Shown here: positions 50,401 to 61,009 of the stretch, piece by piece
How the letters are laid out: every line of letters starts with the position of its first letter
Position numbering within the stretch: the first letter of the stretch is position 1
Source: Anthoceros angustus
Lineage: Eukaryota > Plantae > Anthocerotophyta
Length of the DNA: 64,000 nt
NCBI GenBank assembly: GCA_010909165.1
Contig: VJWM01000144.1
Span: forward strand, 124,001 to 188,000
Direction of reading: 5' to 3'
The notes under the pieces: model-generated
Told to the model about the DNA's origin: nothing
The model's database searches: none
Seen by the model: the letters and a program-made list of their open reading frames with translations, nothing else
Made by a program: the position numbers and the translations under genes

Positions 50401-51693
50401 ATTCCACCTGGGAGGCTAAACACGAGGGCCGGCACTGCCACACTGTCAACCCCAATGCAGTACACTTTTGCACCACAAGATGTCCCTTGTGCATACTTCT
50501 GCAATCTTCCCATTGGGCATCTGGGCTTACATGACACCACACACGGGAACATGAGAGACGTCAATTTTGTGGCAGAGTCAGAGGACATCGACCTTGTGGA
50601 CAGGAAATATGCTTGGGAGAATCTGGTGTGGCAGAAATTTGCCACATGCACTGTAGATCCCAAGGCCGCGGTCACATCCACTTGGTCGAGTGTGGTGGCC
50701 ATGGAAGCAAGGGAGCAAGGCATCAGACCCGACAGTATGAGCGGCTCTGTAAGAACGGAGTTCTGGAGGAGCAAGGCATCAGACCAGAGAGTATGGTCCT
50801 GACACGACTGTCCCCAAAGATGAAATGACCCACGAGGCTTACTGGAAGCACTTGATGTTCAAGGATCCCTGCCAAGAAGATGATCGGAAGCAGTTCAAGA
50901 TGTGCAGCCACCACTGCTGCTCCGAAGATCATTCATCTGCAACTGGGACCACGCAACAGCGATCCTACTGCACTGAGAAGTTGTGGCACAAACCTGTGAG
51001 CAGGACGGGATCCACTTCCAGCGTAGGGTACGTGTCGGAAGATGGCCATGCCTTCGAGTGCAGTCACTTGAAATATGCTCCAAGCCATGTGGTGTTCGTC
51101 ATCGACAGGTCTGGCTCTATGGGCTACACAGACGTTAAGCCAACACTGGTGCAATTTGCAGCCTCCTTCAACAATCGACTGGGATGCGTGTACGAAGCCG
51201 TCCTCCGCTTCATCCGAACCCGGGTTGCGGGAGGTCAGCCGGATGTGGTGTCTGTTGTCTTTTCGATCGCAACGCCACCATCGCAGTGGAGAGGCAGCCC
51301 ATCTCGGAGACGCTTGTAGACGGTCTCCTCCGATACGGCGTCAGTGGGGACCCATTACTCGTGCGCCCTGGATCAGGTTCAGCAGATCCTGCAGCGAGCT
51401 TCAGTGGACGCCTCCATGCAAGCCAAACACCCTGCTGTCATCTTCCTGAGTGACGGTGAGAACATGGGTGGCACTGATCCGGTCGCCATGGTGAAGGACA
51501 TGAAGGACCTCGACCACAAGCTGGTCTTCCACACCATCCTCTTCGGGGCAGACAACGCGGGGAGGAGCTATTGAAGAGGATGGCATCCGCAGGCGCGGGG
51601 ACCTATCAGGTCAGCATCGACGAAGTGCAGCTCGCAAGGAGCTTTGAAGATCTAGCGAAGACCCTGAGGCCGAAGGTTGCTTCCCTCATGTAA
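44442..51693 (+). CDS. Giant GTPase-ZnF-vWA gene, copy 3; many single-base frame breaks; distinct vWA type
   Basis: Near-identical to copy 2 up to about 50830, then divergent. All GTPase motifs present; vWA VIDRSGS...LSDG; ends ...KVASLM TAA at 51691-51693. Confidence 0.75.
48808..48893 (+). other. 86-nt GT-AG intron, copy 3
   Basis: AAAAG|GTATGA ... GCTAAC ... CAG|GAT. Confidence 0.8.
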
Positions 51694-52347
51694 TGTAGCC
51701 TTTTTGTATCATCGGCCTGTCATCTGCAGACTTCCAAGTGGGAAGTCAGATGTGCAGAGAGTATGTATTGCATGCTGCAGTTCATTGCCTTCAATTGGGA
51801 CAGACTTTTGGATCTCGTGGCGAATTTCGTTGGTGACCTGTGGAGGCCTACCGTATTGGGCTAGAAGTGTTCAAGTGTTCATCCCGACCATTTTCCAATG
51901 CTGCCCGACTCAAAGCATGCAGCATAACTGTGATGAGAGCATGGCAAGCACCTTGCAAGCATTGGTGCTTGCAAGGGTTCCTGTGACGGAAGGCCATAAC
52001 CAGCATTCTTGCACTGCATATCTGAAATTCTGAATACAATCTCAGGGTCTCGCATGGTTGCCATGGAAACAAATAACGAACAGCCAATTAGGTACTCTGC
52101 TAAGCATCCGGTGCATCCATCCCTGAATGATCATGATCCCAGTTTTCTACGGGCTTGCTCAATCTAAAAACCATCCTTTCTGACCCAGCAGACACCTAAC
52201 AAAAAGCTTGCTTGCAATTCGCCTAGCTCAACAGAAATCAGTACATAAGCATCTGTACAGGAGCATCATTCAACTGAATGTCACTGCGCGTTCAGGTTGT
52301 CGTTTCCTTGTGCAGTGACATTCCAGTGCTTTCTCTGCGTGTCCTTG

Positions 52348-55300
52348 CTGGGAGGAGGGTGGAGATCCAGAAGATCGGAGGGAATGCCGGAATTGAGTGA
52401 CGATGGCTAGCAGCGATGCAATTACCGAGGGGCCGACTTTGCACAGGCTGATGCACCTGAGGGACGACAATCCGAATCAGAGCTTTGTGGAGGTGGTCCT
52501 CTCACATCCAGATGAGATTGTGAAATTCTGCACTGAGGTCAGGCTCAAGTCAGAGGGAAAGACGTCGCTGGATTTCAATGCGTTGGACAACGAATCTATC
52601 CACGTTGTGGGACTGTACGGGAGCAAGAAGGTTCTCGCTCGAATTTTCTTGAAGCTAGGGTTTCAGACTGTGGTATCCTCGATGCTTGGCTCTCTTCATG
52701 TAGGGATTTATGGCTTTCTTCATCAGGGAGTATTGTTCATCTTTCTATTGGCATGGGGGTGAACGAATGCTGGAGGCCTCCAGGAAGAATGTGGAAGAGT
52801 TGCTGGAACTCCGGGACTCTATACGTCCGTCCATCGGTGCATTTTACGGGATCGCACATCACCTCAGCAGTGATGGGATCCTCGAATCATCCATCTTTTG
52901 CAGCATGCTGTGCAGAAGGCTGCCCCTCTTCCAGCCTCCTATATAGCCTTCGCCATTCAAGATTTGCTAACACCTACACATGTGCCCGACAGACTCCATC
53001 AATACCAACCCTCGGCATCACAGCTTACCAACACAGATTAGGGGGAGCACCCTTTCCCGATTCCGAAGTAGGGGATCGAGAAGCTGTCCGTTCAACGCTC
53101 GGTGCATGTTGGAGATGACGGTAACTCAGTTGTGCGCGGTGCAGTATCTCATGAATTCACGCTCCATGTATCAGGAAAGGAAACTACTGCTGGAACGGGT
53201 GCGAAAGGCCTGTGTTCAAGCCCGTGATGAATTGTCGAGCCAGTACAGAAAATGGTGAGGAAAGAGGTGGCCCCCTTGTTGAAGAAGATTGAATTTGAAG
53301 CAAAACGTAACACAAACTTCTTGGAGCACTAGTTTCAAAAGGAAGAACGGCAATTTGTGACCAGGTTACAAGAGCAGCTGTCCAGGGGACACTTCGACAA
53401 CATCGTCTGTACGTCCGAAGGTGTTTCTTGAAGCGTGGTCAGAAAGAAACCCTCATTGACATACCACGCAACTATGTTTCAGGTCGCAGCTCAGAAGCTG
53501 AAAACAGTGACAAGCTGGTACTCGATTTTGTGTCAGAACAGAACAGCGGATCGCGTGGAAGATAGCCGATCTTACACCAATGCAGAAGGATTTGGGCGCT
53601 CTCATGTTTGACTCCGGACTCCTCAAGTTTTACAATTTTGAAAGTAACTCCGTTCATCCCTGGGAGGAGAGAAATGGTGCTAGTTAACGAAGTTTGGGTG
53701 TTCCAACGTTCAAAGTTTGGGTGTTCGAAATCAGCACTGCCATGCTGAAACCAGGGGATATGCAGATACCTGGTCCTGCCCATAAGACTAGTGTTTCCAA
53801 AGATGGATCTTGTTTAATGGCCTTCTACAATTGTCTTCCAGACAGACCTTCCCTAGCAGCAGAGGGGTTGACGCAAGGCAGTGACCAGACTGGTACCCAG
53901 CTTGAAATGGACAAGTCTGCTGAAGGGTTTTTGAAGATTGAGGTCTATCTGCTTGGCGAATCAATAAGTCATCTGAAGACACTCTCGCTTGACTACACAG
54001 TAGCAGACGTAAGAAGCATTAATGCAACAGTGGTGGCCTTCGGATGACAGGTCCATCTCGTACGGACACAGGTCGGCAGACTGGCATTTCCGAGTCTGCA
54101 AGCAACGAAATGGGTGGCCATGGCTGTCCGGCTTTGGCCTATGTTTATCACATATTTGAGAAGTAGGCCTAGGCCAAATGAACACACATTTATAAGAACG
54201 CCGTATTAAGCATCCTGAGCTTGGATCGGTACTTAGATGGGGTGCCTAAAGGGAGTGGATGCCCTTGGTGCAAGTAGCTTAAGCACACCATGGTACAAGT
54301 TGTTAAGTACTAAGTCCTTGACGGAAATCCGTCCTTATTAGTGGACTTCAAAAAAATTCCTTCTTCTTCTTCTATGCCACGAGCACCCCTCTGATCCGGA
54401 AGCCAAGACACCTTCATCTCCATCTGCTTTTCGCTGGATCCAGCGAAAAGCAGCATGGAGATCACAATATCCTCTTTTGTATGGCCATCAAAGACGTGGA
54501 TCCGGCAGACGTGGATGGCTTGACAGCAGAGTTCGAAGCGAAGATACTCCACATTTGTCACGACTCTCGGGACAATTTTCTCGCAAAGATGTACGGCGGG
54601 GAGGTTGAGATAGCAGCGATGCCACCCTTCCAAAAGTCGGAATGTCACGAAAGTGTTGCCACTGTAGCTAAAACTGTGGAGGAATTGAAAGCTGTCCACC
54701 ACAATGGCAACAGCCTTGCAGTAGACCTGAAGCTGATAATGGCTCAGATAGCTACCAAGGATTGGTCTGCATTTGACTCGAAGCGCTTACCTCTGAATGT
54801 GGAGCTCCTGAAGCGAGACGTGAAATCGGCCATAACTTTGGGAAAGCTTATGAGCCAGGGAGACCATGTTCTGACAGACTTTGCAACTCAAAAGGAAGTC
54901 GCCGATATGCCTGTTGAGGGTGATGGTGTTGTGTTCCATCTTAGTGACACTGGCTTGGCACTGTGCCCTTCGGTGGAGACCCAAGTGATGGGTGACATTC
55001 TTCAATCCCTGAATGACCGTTTTCAATGTGTGGAGAAGCGGACTGGTATGGATGATGAGCGTTGGCACACTTCCTTGGAGAAATTTCTCGTGGAATTGGC
55101 TGATAGACGGAGGAGAGAATTCTGGGATGGCTCAGGTGCAACACAGCAGAGTTCCAGGAGCTGGATGCATATGTTGATGTTCAGAAGCTTCGTTTAGAAG
55201 CCATTGCCACGCTGGCGGAGGTGAAGCGGAGCCTGTCCCTCTGTATCAGCAAGTGCGAGACCTGTTTCCTGAGATGCGTTTGGGAAAAAATCATCCAGGC

Positions 55301-56351
55301 AAGCATACGTGCAGGGGGATGCATCCGAGATTTGCATGATGCAGTGTAAAACCCAAGGCCGCGGTCACATCCACTTGGTGAGGTGTGGTGCGCATGCCCG
55401 TGGAAGCAAGGGGCTCTCTGCCTCGGGTCAGAGGAAGGCGCATCCCGTATTTGCCCTTTTTCTTACCTGCAGGGATCTGTCCAAGGCCTGCAAGGAAGGA
55501 ATTCATCAAGGAGCAAGGCATCAGACCCGAGAGTATGGGCCTGACACGACTGTCCCCAAAGATGAAGTGACCCACGCAGCTTATTAAAAGCACTTGAGGT
55601 TCAAGGATCCCTGCCATGAAGCCGATCGGAAGCAGTTCGAGATGTGTAGCCACTACTGCCGCTTGGAAGAACAAACATCGCAAAATCGATCCTACTGCAC
55701 TCAGAGGTTGTGGCACAAACCTGTCAGCAGGACAGAATCGACTGCTAGAGCAGGGCATGTGACGGAGGACGGCCATGCCTTCCGCTGCATTCACTTGAAA
55801 GACACTCCAAGCCACGCGGTGTTCGCCATCGACAGGTCAGGCTCTATGCGCGACAGGGACATGACGCCAACGCTGGCTAAGATTGCAGGCTCCTACGAAT
55901 TGAACAACCGGCTGGGATGCCTCTACGAAGTCGTTTTCCGCTTCATCCGGACCCGGGTTGCAGCTGGTTAGCCGGATGTCGTGTCTGTTGTCCTCTTGGA
56001 CCACAAGGCCACCATCGCATTGGAGAGGCAGCCCATCTCATAGACGCTTGTGGACGGTCTCCTCCAATACCCCACCAATTGGGGAACCGATTACTCACGC
56101 GGCCTGAAAAGGTTGAGGAGATGGTGGAGCGAGCTTCAGATGAAGCCTCCATGCAATACATGAAGGACAGCAACCCCAATCTCGTCTTCCACACCATCCT
56201 TTTCGGGAGGGACAAGGACGTGGAGACATTGAAGAAGATGGCAGCTGTGGGCACGGGACCGCACCACATCAGCAGCGATCAAGTTGAGCTAGCAAGGAGC
56301 TTTGTAGGTTCAGACGTGAGTCTGCGGCCCCAAGTCGCTTCCCTCACGTAA
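52348..56351 (+). pseudogene. Giant GTPase-ZnF-vWA gene, copy 4: internally deleted pseudogene
   Basis: Collinear fragments with large deletions: P-loop to G3 missing near 54480 and most Cys/His repeats missing near 55320. True in-frame stops (TAA at about 55585 for Trp, TAG at about 55969 and 56041) and a repeat insertion at 54166. Confidence 0.85.
54166..54373 (+). mobile_element. (TTC)n-tailed dispersed repeat, copy c
   Basis: Splits GAGAAGTA|TGCCACGAGC, which is contiguous in the paralogs. Confidence 0.8.
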
Positions 56352-56528
56352 CATGTAGCCTTCTGTACTGCGTCGTCGGCCTATCATTTGCGCACTTCCC
56401 AGTCGGATGTGGGGACTGTATGTGTGTAGGTATTGCGGACTAGGTAATGTGTGATCAGTAGTTTTATGACGCCTGCATTTCCAAGGCGCGCTTCTCCGGG
56501 TCCGATTCCTGTTTTGTTGTCTCCAGCC

Positions 56529-58173
56529 ATGAGCGGGCCTTGCAAGATCTTTCCGCAGCGCATGCTGCAGTTCATGTCTTCGCTTGAATGGGCAGGTGCT
56601 GCCCGCATGCTATCCAGCGACGTTCATTGTCCTGGTATGCACACGTACAGAGGAGGAGAAGGCGGTGCCCTGCTTGGTCCGGTTCTGCCTGGAATGCTGC
56701 CTTCTGCAAGGCAGACGAGCAATGAGTGGGCATGGAGTGTGAGGTGACCATGCGGGACACGCAGCTGCAGGTTGGGATTTGGGATGACAATGCCGTGTGT
56801 TTCTATGTCTCTGGAGACTCCTGGTGGAAGGTGGGTTTCTCTGCTTATTCAGCTTGGTATCTGACAGATGACATGAAATGGAGGTACTACTGTGAATCTG
56901 TTTGTAACCTGCATGTTGGGTTTTCTAGGTGGCGGATTACTGCTGGAGATATTGACCCATCATGGGACATCGAAAATTTATGCAAGGAAGGGAAACTGGA
57001 GAGGGCACTGGTTGCCTTGCAGCGCATGGATGACCATGGTGGTGTAGCTTCGGTGCACATTTATAGGCACCTTTGCAGGCCTGCACGAGAAAGAAGGCCC
57101 TTGCCGAGGCCAAAGTGGTACATGCTCATCTGGAAAAATGTGGGCTGGAATCTAACAGACTTTTGGATCTTGTGGTGACTACGTTGGTGAACTGTGGAGG
57201 CCTAGGGGATGGGCTGGAAGTGTTCCAGAGGTTGTCACAGCGGACTGTTTTCTCGTGGACAGCCGTCCTTGCAGGGCATGTCAAAGCTGGTAAATGCCGG
57301 GAGGCTCTTGCAGGGTATGAGCAGATGCTTCAGGAAGGTATCCAGCCTGACAATCATACCTTTGTGTTGCGCTACTCAAGGCCTGCAGCAGATTACAAGA
57401 TCTGCAAGAGGGCAAGCGCATTCATTCTGAGGCTGTGGAATATGGGTTGAAACAGACGTTTTGTGGGAAGCTCCTTGTTAGTATGTATGCCAAGTGTGGG
57501 AGCATTACGGACGCACAGCAGGTCTTTGACAGATTGTCCGAGCGTAATGTAGTCTCATGGAACGCGATTCTTGCAGCCTATGCTCAACAGGGCCAAGGAG
57601 ATCATGCTTTGCAGATCTATTGTCGAATGCAACGTGAGGGGTAAGTCCAGATGCACGGACATTTGTAAGTGTTCAGCTCCAAGCTTGTGGTGCAATCTCT
57701 GAGGATGATGACCTCACAGTTGTCAATGGGCAAAGGTTAAGATGCGGTTGCTGCAACAGGGAAAGGTATTGCATGCTGCAGCCGCTGTCAGAGGGTTTGA
57801 TTCAGATCTCTTTGTTGGTAGCAGTCTGGTTAGTATGTATGCCAAGTGTGGGAGCCTTTTGGATGCGCAACAGGTCTTTGATGGATTGACACAGCGAGAT
57901 ACAGTGTTGTGGGCTGCCATGGCTGCAGCATATGCTCAGCAAAACCAAGGAGAGATGGCGTTGCAGATGTATCAGCAGATGCAGGAAGCAGGGATCAGTC
58001 CGAATCAGCGAGTTTTTGTTAGTGCTCTTCAGGCATGTGGAATACTTGCAGAAAAGGAGATAGGTACATCCATGGATGGGAGTACTGTCAAGATTAAGTC
58101 ATTGAGGAAGGGAAGGAGATTCATGCCGTGGCTACTCATAGAGGTGTTGGGAAAGACATTTTGTTGGGAATGC
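56529..58173 (+). CDS. PLS-class pentatricopeptide repeat protein, interrupted at its 3' end by an LTR
   Basis: Repeated LVSMYAKCGS..DAQQVFD.L..R.VV.W.A..AAYAQQ motifs in ORFs 57073-57450, 57435-57644 and 57742-58179; probable intron ending near 56928; start position uncertain; frame breaks. Confidence 0.85.
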
Positions 58174-61009
58174 TGTTAACGTATGTAGCACCCTAGCCCT
58201 TAGGGCACGATTCACATAAAGCAGAACTTAATAGGCACATAACAAAACGTCACGTGACGGTTACAACACATGACGCTTGGGCACAGCCCTTGTGTATTTG
58301 AGCACTTCTGCTCGCCATGCTTATTATTCAATCCATTCTTGAACAATCGATCCCGGTCCATGCGACCTTCACATGGTATCGAGCAGGCGCCACCGCACCC
58401 TTGATATCTACAGCACATAACAATGAGACATAAATATCTATAAGCATGCCGGGCTTACGCAGAGGAGGCGTGTTCAAGAGCAAATAGAATTGCTCAAACC
58501 CGAAATTCAAAGAAGCCATAGAGAGCAGCGCTACAAGGAAGAGCGAAAAACCTATGGCACTATGCCGATCCGGACGCTCCGTTCTTCTTGTGCTGAAGAA
58601 CTATACTTGAGAGGCTTTGTTGACCCGTGACTATGATTGGGCATACGTACACCTCTCTTCTCTCTACACACAATAAAAGGTACCAAACAACACACAATGA
58701 TCAGGCAGTTTACAACTACGATTGACGTGCACATCCCAATTGATCCAGCACAAGTTAAGGAATCCATAATATGCAGCCTACAAAACCTCTGACCAAAGCG
58801 CCTCCTCAAAGTGCCAGCTCACCGGACAACCTCTACATCTTGCCTCCAACACCGAAATTGGAGAATTTCAAAACAACATCATTCGAAGCGCAGCACTTAG
58901 AGGCCAATGCTCCCAATACCACTTGCGGACTTTATAAAATTCTACTCGCCTCCAAGTAGAAACCACATGTCTACTTAGGCACAGTTATCACCCTCTAAGC
59001 AGCCAATCTATAGCACTTACCACAATGGCCACATCCTCCATCACTGTCGAAGAGGACCGCTTGACGCCAGCAGCCTAATTTATTTTGTTTGGAAATTTCG
59101 CATTCTGAAATTTTGAAAGAACGTAAGCTATGGGCCTCGTTGGTGGCGTTGGAAACCCTCACAAAAAGCAAAAATCCACACCGCGGCAGAGAAAGAGGTG
59201 GGAAGATAAAACCAACAGTTAAAAACATCCTCATGCAATCCATGAGGTGGAACGTCGCAAATCGCCGGTGTAGAGGGCATGTTGGAACAACACATATATG
59301 CCTCAACAGACATTATGCACTGCTGCACACTATTAAAAATTTCTTCGGACTTGAATGTCCGAGACCCAGTGGATCAACATACCATGCACTTTAGGAGCTG
59401 GATGACAAAGTTCTGACCACAGCTTCGTCATCCAAGAAGATCTCTCTCTGTTCTCTTGTCCACCTTGCCGAGTCATGGGTCGTCGTCGTCAATCCCTACA
59501 AGGCGTACAACCTCTCACTCAACAAGGTTATTCAATGACTTGTTGAAGAGGCTAGAAGGAAACTACACCACTCATTTAGGGGAATCTTCATCAAGAGCAT
59601 TTTTCACAGGGGCCGCGGATCCAGGCGAGGCAACAACTTTAGAGGCGGCACGGCGGGGGCACTTACCCCAGCAATAGAGGACATGGAGCTTATAATCCTT
59701 CATGGAAACCAATATGTGGATCTGTAAAATCCCGGTCACACCCCGAAGAATGCAGAAACGATTAGCTGCAGCCAACCCAAGGCAATCGTGGCAACTCGCC
59801 TCACTATGAAGCGACACTCAAGGGCCTTTCTCACACAAGTGAGCCAATTACAGTCCGACCAGCCTCACCTTCCACCCTCGTAGCTTCATGTCTTTCAAAG
59901 ACACTGACAACACACTGGTACATAGATTCAGGCATCCCAAAGACATGACACCACATCGTGAATATTTTAGCCAAGTCAACCCCACCACACCTCCCCATTT
60001 TAGACTTGGGACGATACTAAACACACCATTTCGTGTCACGGAACCGTAGACCGCATGTCCCTAATTCTACCCTACAAATATCAGGGCGTCCGGTACCTAG
60101 CTTGGAAGAACCTATTTTCAGTCAGGAAGGTTGATCAATCCGTTATGTGTGCTTTGGTGGAGGTCATGCGTTATTGAGACTTTACAAGGAGATCTAATAG
60201 CCACGGGGACTTGAAAGACGACGACCTCTATCACCTGAATGTCACAACTTCTCCGGCTGCCCAGCCTTCCTCCCTATCTGCAGCCACAAGCACCAATGAG
60301 TCTTACTTGTGGCATGCCCGCCTTGGCCACATGCACACTCAGCGGATGAAGGACATGTTAAAAACCCAGGCAGCTGCAGGCATTCCACTCACCAGGATTG
60401 AAGATTTTGGCATTTGTGAGGCCTGCTCACTAGGCAAGAGTCATCGGTCCCCATTTCCAAAAGGGCCCACGAGAGCAACAAGAAGACTCAACTTGTACAC
60501 ACCGATTTATGTGGCCCCTTCAAAGCGATCGGTGTTCTATCTTTACTTCATGCCTGATTGATGACTACTCACGCTTCACGTGCTCTACCGGAAAACATAA
60601 GGCACAATCCTTTACTTGCACGAAGACTATAAAACACAGGCTGAAAAGCAAGCGGAGAATCCTTACTCACTATTCGCTCGCGCGGTGGCGAATTCAACTC
60701 GATCAATTCACGCAATTTTGCAGATCACGGGATCAGCAGGCGGTTACTACCCCACATACATCCCAACAGAACGGTGTAGCAGAGAGGATGCACAGAACCA
60801 TACAGGACTGCGGTCTATCAATGCTGATCCATGCAGGCCTACCCAAAAGCTACTGGCCTGAAGCCATGTCTCACGCAGTATACATTCTGAACCGGAGCCT
60901 TACCTCCTCCTTACCACAACTCACACCTTTCGAAGCCTGGACAGGGTCGAAACCCGACCTATCCACCCTCAGAGTGTTCGGCTCAACAGTATATGTACAT
61001 ACAACATGG
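58174..61009 (+). mobile_element. Second Ty1/copia element (LTR 58174-58373, PBS 58374-58384, decayed gag, integrase 60211-61009), truncated
   Basis: TGTTAAC...CTTCACA followed by TGGTATCGAGC; LWHARLGH...CEAC..GK; IDDYSRFT; QQNGVAERMHRT; WPEAMSHAVYILNR; LRVFGS. 59.0-60.2 kb could not be assigned. Confidence 0.8.

Noticed and set aside
51948-51980. Hairpin CCTTGCAAGCA-TTGG-TGCTTGCAAGG as a terminator or miRNA
   Set aside because: An isolated 11-bp stem, too short for a plant pre-miRNA, and intrinsic terminators do not apply here.
58995-60100. ORFs inside the plus-strand Copia as a captured gene or RNA-guided nuclease
   Set aside because: No RuvC, HNH or other motif recognisable; short and fragmented.
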